From a virus (taxonomy: Duplodnaviria > Caudoviricetes), in the IMG/VR virus record IMGVR_UViG_2630968832_000009, positions 3,088 through 67,087 of that record: a stretch of DNA of 64,000 bases. One strand, 5' to 3'. Below the pieces are notes generated by a model. That model did no database searches and was not told the DNA's origin. It saw nothing but the letters and a program-made list of their open reading frames with translations. Below are positions 59,714 through 64,000 of the stretch, in pieces (the stretch's first letter is position 1; each line of letters opens with the position of its first letter). The translations under genes were made by a program, and so were the position numbers.

Positions 59714-61254
59714 GCATGCACTTTCAAACCAAGCGTGATCTTTCAATCTTACATCAGCATACTAAAAATATGTATGTAATGGCGCAGATTCTTAATTATG
59801 ATATGCAAATTGTTGATTCATTTCAAGGTTCAATTACCGAATACTCTTATAGCGAAGACTGCGACTCTGATACAAGAAGAACAATCTCTCTTTCTGTTGT
59901 AATCAAAGACAAAACTTTTGACGTCGATGCGAACGCAAAAATTTGGCTTGATAAACTTATTCGTGTATATGTAGGATATGAAGATATGCGCACGTCAGAA
60001 ATCGCATATTACCCCAAAGGAGTTTATACGATTTGTGATAATAGTTTCAGCTGGGATTCAAGTACTTCTTCCCTTCAGATTTCATGTGTTGACCAATCAG
60101 CTTGCTGCGATGGAACACGTAATGGCTATGTGCGTGGCCTGACAACAAAGATTGAAGAAGGAAGTAGTATTCGAGGCGCACTGATATCTCTTATCACCCA
60201 AGAGGCTGGATTTAAAAAGTATCGTATAGACACATACCACAGAAGCGTTCCTGATGGGTACGAGGAAACCATTGCAGAATTTGATGAAATCCCATATGAC
60301 ATGGAATTTGACGTAAACACCAGTATCTGGGAAAAAGTTGTTGAAATACGTGATTTGTATCCCGGTTGGGAAGCCTTTTTCGATGTAGATGGAACATTTG
60401 TGTTTCAAGGTATCCCCACGTGCGAATTTGACGAACCTGTAATTACTGCAGAGCAATTGGCCCCGCTTGTTCAAGGAGAGCCTTGTACCATTACTTTCAC
60501 TGAAGTTGCAAACGTCACCGACCTTTATGGACAAAATATTGAACCAGATCATTATAGCGACAAATGCACGGTCTCTGGAGATACATACAAGATGACTATT
60601 GAAGACGAGAACTTTGATGGCAACAATCTTGTCCTCAACACCAAGTTTCAAGTGTCAGTCAGCGCGACCTCAGTGAAAGGGCAAAAAATGTCTTTTAACA
60701 ATGGTCCATCCTATCCAATTGTATACGAAGGCAATATTCCAATAAGCGCTGGCGATATGCGGCCTGAAACGCAATATATTGTGAAGTATAAAAAAGGACG
60801 CTTCTATTTTTATGGGGAGTGCCAAGTACACGCGATTTGCAAAGAAGTTGCTTTTACGCCAACCGCAGAACAAATTGCTGAAGATAAAGTCTATGAAAGT
60901 TGCAACAACATAAAATATCGTGTGATTCCTGATAGTCCGTTTGCAATAAAGGAAATGTGGAAAGACGAAATTCGACGACCACTGGCTGGCGGAGAATATG
61001 AAAATATATTTTCTAATGATTTAGCTTCTCAACGAGCTGACTATGAAACATGGAAAACAACACGCCTCATGAGCCGATTAGAACTTCCAATCATCGAAAT
61101 CCCATGGCTTTCAACAAATCAGCTTATTGAATACACTTCAAAGCGCACAGGTGAAACAAAAAAATATATTGTAAAGCAAATAAGCACTTCAAATGGACTG
61201 TCAACGCTGAGCTGCATTGAGTTTTATCCGTTATATCCGTTTATCGTCCAATAG
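59710..61254 (+). CDS. Baseplate hub-like protein (DUF5048-like)
   Basis: SDTRRT, IPYD.EF, LYPGWEAFFDVDG.F, IPWL. Confidence 0.7.
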   Translation: MSMHFQTKRDLSILHQHTKNMYVMAQILNYDMQIVDSFQGSITEYSYSEDCDSDTRRTISLSVVIKDKTFDVDANAKIWLDKLIRVYVGYEDMRTSEIAYYPKGVYTICDNSFSWDSSTSSLQISCVDQSACCDGTRNGYVRGLTTKIEEGSSIRGALISLITQEAGFKKYRIDTYHRSVPDGYEETIAEFDEIPYDMEFDVNTSIWEKVVEIRDLYPGWEAFFDVDGTFVFQGIPTCEFDEPVITAEQLAPLVQGEPCTITFTEVANVTDLYGQNIEPDHYSDKCTVSGDTYKMTIEDENFDGNNLVLNTKFQVSVSATSVKGQKMSFNNGPSYPIVYEGNIPISAGDMRPETQYIVKYKKGRFYFYGECQVHAICKEVAFTPTAEQIAEDKVYESCNNIKYRVIPDSPFAIKEMWKDEIRRPLAGGEYENIFSNDLASQRADYETWKTTRLMSRLELPIIEIPWLSTNQLIEYTSKRTGETKKYIVKQISTSNGLSTLSCIEFYPLYPFIVQ

Positions 61255-61313
61255 TGCAACAAGCCAAAGCGCCTTTTAAATGGCGCTTTTTATTTTACAG
61301 GGAGGTGGCCGCA

Positions 61314-61673
61314 ATCAGCGCAACATATCCAAATTTAAATGGTACTTCCTTTCCAGAAAACATTGATTCGTTCCCTAAAAAAACTGAGCCTGGGATTGAA
61401 GATCTCACCAAAATTGAACAATATCACGCCAAGTATGCTGCGCATGACCTGGCAGGAGCTAATGCAATTCTCTCTACTTATCCTGAGCTTAAAACAATGC
61501 TCATCAATGCTGAGACACTCAATCAGTATCGTGATGCCATCATTGCGATTGAAACATACTACAAATATCAGTATGAAACATATCTCGCAAATACCACTAA
61601 GCAGATCATAATTAATCAAAATCAGCCATCAGGTCAGTTAAAAGACGATATATGGCTTGAGGTCATCTCGTAG
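61314..61673 (+). CDS. Baseplate/fibre anchor protein
   Basis: GGAGGT RBS then ATC; SFPENID...INAE.LN..RDAI.AIE. Confidence 0.7.
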   Translation: MSATYPNLNGTSFPENIDSFPKKTEPGIEDLTKIEQYHAKYAAHDLAGANAILSTYPELKTMLINAETLNQYRDAIIAIETYYKYQYETYLANTTKQIIINQNQPSGQLKDDIWLEVIS

Positions 61674-61685
61674 GGAGGGATTTCA

Positions 61686-62003
61686 ATGGCGAAAAAAATT
61701 GTTCGAGCACATCAGAAACTTGCCGATGGCTCATATGATACTTTACATTATGAAACAGAAAAAGCTGCAATCGTTGACTTTGAACATACTCATGACGACA
61801 GGTACTATACCGAAGCAGAGATGAACACAAAACTGAATGCAAAAGAACCCGCATTCACAAAAAACAATGCATTCAATAAAAACTTCGGCACAGCGGCGGG
61901 CACTGTATGCCAAGGCAACGACAGCCGCCTGTCCAATGCGCGGCGGGCAAGCAACATCACAATGAGCCTGTCCGGCACTACGCTGACAATCAACTATTCG
62001 TGA
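61686..62003 (+). CDS. Short fibre protein
   Basis: HTHDDRYYTE, FGTAAGTVCQGNDSRLSNAR. Confidence 0.75.
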   Translation: MAKKIVRAHQKLADGSYDTLHYETEKAAIVDFEHTHDDRYYTEAEMNTKLNAKEPAFTKNNAFNKNFGTAAGTVCQGNDSRLSNARRASNITMSLSGTTLTINYS

Positions 62004-62015
62004 GGCGGTGCAAAC

Positions 62016-62567
62016 ATGCCTTTGATTTTTAATGGTAATTCAATACCCGGCAACGGGGCCGTCATAGAGAACGGTGTGTCGTTGTCGAGCCTTAAAGCCA
62101 ATAATGTAGAAGTTTGGAAACGTCAAAAAACGGTCTATCCAGGAATACCAGTTGCTAAAACACAAAATCTTGGGTATGCCGCATATTTTACCGTTACAAA
62201 TAGTGGATCAGATATTAAAGTTGACGCATTCGGAGGAACTGAACGCGGATATGGCCGTGTAATGCTCGGCGGATTCAATTCATGGGGATATTCAAAAATA
62301 TACTTTTCGAACCTCAGTATATCACTGGCCAACTCTTTCTCTCATGCCAAAGTAGCGCTTAGTGATATTAACGGGAATGTAGTACAGCAGCTTATTTACC
62401 GCGAAACAGGAGAGGCTGGCGGCGTCTATGTAACTTACGCAGCCAGTGACATATTCACAATCAATGCGGAAAACGGAAACTATTATTTGATGCTCGAAGT
62501 GGCTTCCGGCGCTACGAGTGGTGGTTTACATGCGACCATTCAAATGAACGGATGCTATTTGATTTAA
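62016..62567 (+). CDS. Putative fibre tip/receptor-binding protein, paralogue 2
   Basis: 183 aa, similar to 57185-57739. Confidence 0.6.
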   Translation: MPLIFNGNSIPGNGAVIENGVSLSSLKANNVEVWKRQKTVYPGIPVAKTQNLGYAAYFTVTNSGSDIKVDAFGGTERGYGRVMLGGFNSWGYSKIYFSNLSISLANSFSHAKVALSDINGNVVQQLIYRETGEAGGVYVTYAASDIFTINAENGNYYLMLEVASGATSGGLHATIQMNGCYLI

Positions 62568-62582
62568 AATGGAGGACCACAT

Positions 62583-62987
62583 ATGCTTAAAATTACATTG
62601 AAGAATGGAAAAGAATATACAGCTCTTGATTCTACGGCAGTTTACCCCAGCGGCAATCCGAGCACACGGAGTCGGATGGAGATTCACTTGCCAGAAGACG
62701 CCATGCCCGTAGATACGTTCGCCGCAATATTTGCAGACGAAAATGCAACGTCTGAAATCCGCATGACACGTACGGTAGATGAGGACAACCCTGAAAAAGG
62801 CCAGAAAGCTGGAGACATCATTTATGACACGCTCTACAAGCAGTATTGTATCGTTACGAGTGTTGGGAAGAAACGGATCACGAATACCAATTTTTCCAGT
62901 GGACAAGTATCTGATGCCATGCATTTGGTGGTAGAGCTTGAGCAACGCACTTATATTGAGCAACAGCTTGCCGCACTTGGCCTGTAA
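62583..62987 (+). CDS. Hypothetical late protein
   Basis: 134 aa, GGAGG RBS. Confidence 0.7.
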   Translation: MLKITLKNGKEYTALDSTAVYPSGNPSTRSRMEIHLPEDAMPVDTFAAIFADENATSEIRMTRTVDEDNPEKGQKAGDIIYDTLYKQYCIVTSVGKKRITNTNFSSGQVSDAMHLVVELEQRTYIEQQLAALGL

Positions 62988-63001
62988 GGGAGGGTCGCCT
63001 T

Positions 63002-64000
63002 ATGGCACAAAAAGTATTGTTTCCTGGTACACATATGCGTATTACTCAGGACGAATACGGTGTAACTTCGCATAAGGGAAGCTTGGCTCGTGACGATGGC
63101 GGAGAAAGCACAGCATTCGACAGCCCAGTGCTTGCACCGTTTGATGGATATTTTACCCGTGTGCGCACCGACAGCAGCCACGAAACGTATTTCGTCAGCG
63201 ATGAACCGGTAGAGTGTGCGAACGGCTATGTGGGTATCATTACCTTTTTATTTATGCATGACAATCTTAACCGATTTGCTGCCGGAGCACATGTCAAACA
63301 GGGAACCATTATTGGATATGAAGGTGGGTTTGGCAACGGCCGAAAGGACCGGTTCGCACACCACACGCACCGTGAGTGGAGCCAAGGCAAAAATACAACT
63401 CAGTATAAAAATAGCCGAGGCACATATGTAATTGCAAATCAGATGCATGAATATGATGTGTGTTTCCTTCGCCCCGACACAATGGTTTATACCAGAAGTG
63501 GCTTTGTACGCGCCGACAACCTAACCATCGTCAAAGACAACGTAGGACACGCATTTAAGATTGATAAGGAGGCTGAAAACGATATGAAATTCCTAAAAGT
63601 TCTTTCCGACAAGTGCGAAGTGTTCTCTCGTGCTGATGTGAATGCCGTAGATACCACCTACAATGGTGGACGTCTAAAGGTAGGCGAACACTACCCCATT
63701 CAAGCAGATGTAGGTAGCGATGGCACCTATGCATGGGTGCGAATTCAGGCGGGAGCCGAAAAACGGTATGCTGTGGTGCTACCTGATCGCAGCGAAATTG
63801 TGGAACTATCTGCCGGGGATGCCATTACGGCATGTATGGCACAGGCAGACAGCGGAGGCACAGCAGAATTGGAAGCGGAATTGGCGCAGGCTACTGCCGA
63901 AAGAGATGCGGCTATCAGTCTTGCCAGCAAAGAGACCACACGTGCAGATGCAGCGAACAAAAAGATCTCTGATATTAAAACATATGTTGCGAGTGTATAA
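63002..64000 (+). CDS. M23-family peptidase endolysin
   Basis: H....D (HKGSLARD), APFDG, GAHVKQG..IG..G, HTH; SH3-like and coiled-coil C-terminus. Confidence 0.8.
   Translation: MAQKVLFPGTHMRITQDEYGVTSHKGSLARDDGGESTAFDSPVLAPFDGYFTRVRTDSSHETYFVSDEPVECANGYVGIITFLFMHDNLNRFAAGAHVKQGTIIGYEGGFGNGRKDRFAHHTHREWSQGKNTTQYKNSRGTYVIANQMHEYDVCFLRPDTMVYTRSGFVRADNLTIVKDNVGHAFKIDKEAENDMKFLKVLSDKCEVFSRADVNAVDTTYNGGRLKVGEHYPIQADVGSDGTYAWVRIQAGAEKRYAVVLPDRSEIVELSAGDAITACMAQADSGGTAELEAELAQATAERDAAISLASKETTRADAANKKISDIKTYVASV

Noticed and set aside
53781-62016. Stop-codon readthrough fusing fibre genes (three junctions are in frame)
   Set aside because: Each downstream gene has its own SD, two equivalent junctions are out of frame, and the stop codons differ; compatible with chance.
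57185-62567. Paralogous tip genes as a diversity-generating retroelement TR/VR pair
   Set aside because: Differences are mostly synonymous and involve all bases rather than adenine positions only; no reverse transcriptase in the window.

Overview
The window is the interior of a large SPbeta-like temperate siphophage/prophage of a low-GC Firmicute; a gut Clostridia host is inferred from gene content. Left to right: the end of an IS6-family element (1-260); a minus-strand early/accessory operon of small hypothetical genes (0.3-13.3 kb) containing a repeat-delimited array of type II toxin-antitoxin modules (7.85-10.2 kb); a non-coding divergence region (13.3-15.1 kb); a host-like Ile T-box riboswitch plus BASS transporter moron; a tyrosine recombinase, Bro-N genes, a putative origin and replication initiator, a cysteine desulfurase and a YonO-type RNA polymerase; then the late operon (YonK, metallophosphoesterase, terminase, portal, protease/scaffold, capsid, neck, tail tube, tape measure, fibres, baseplate, M23 endolysin). 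The most striking feature is the tape-measure gene, which is split by two group I introns. Splicing 42421-43743 + 45043-45627 + 47446-50742 restores a 1734-aa protein. Intron 1 carries an EDxHD/Vsr-like homing endonuclease. Intron 2 has no homing endonuclease and instead carries, in its P9 region, an antisense, apparently self-expressed cassette with a NYN-domain RNase and a micro-protein related to an early gene 40 kb away. All calls were made by eye from motifs and synteny; no searches were run.
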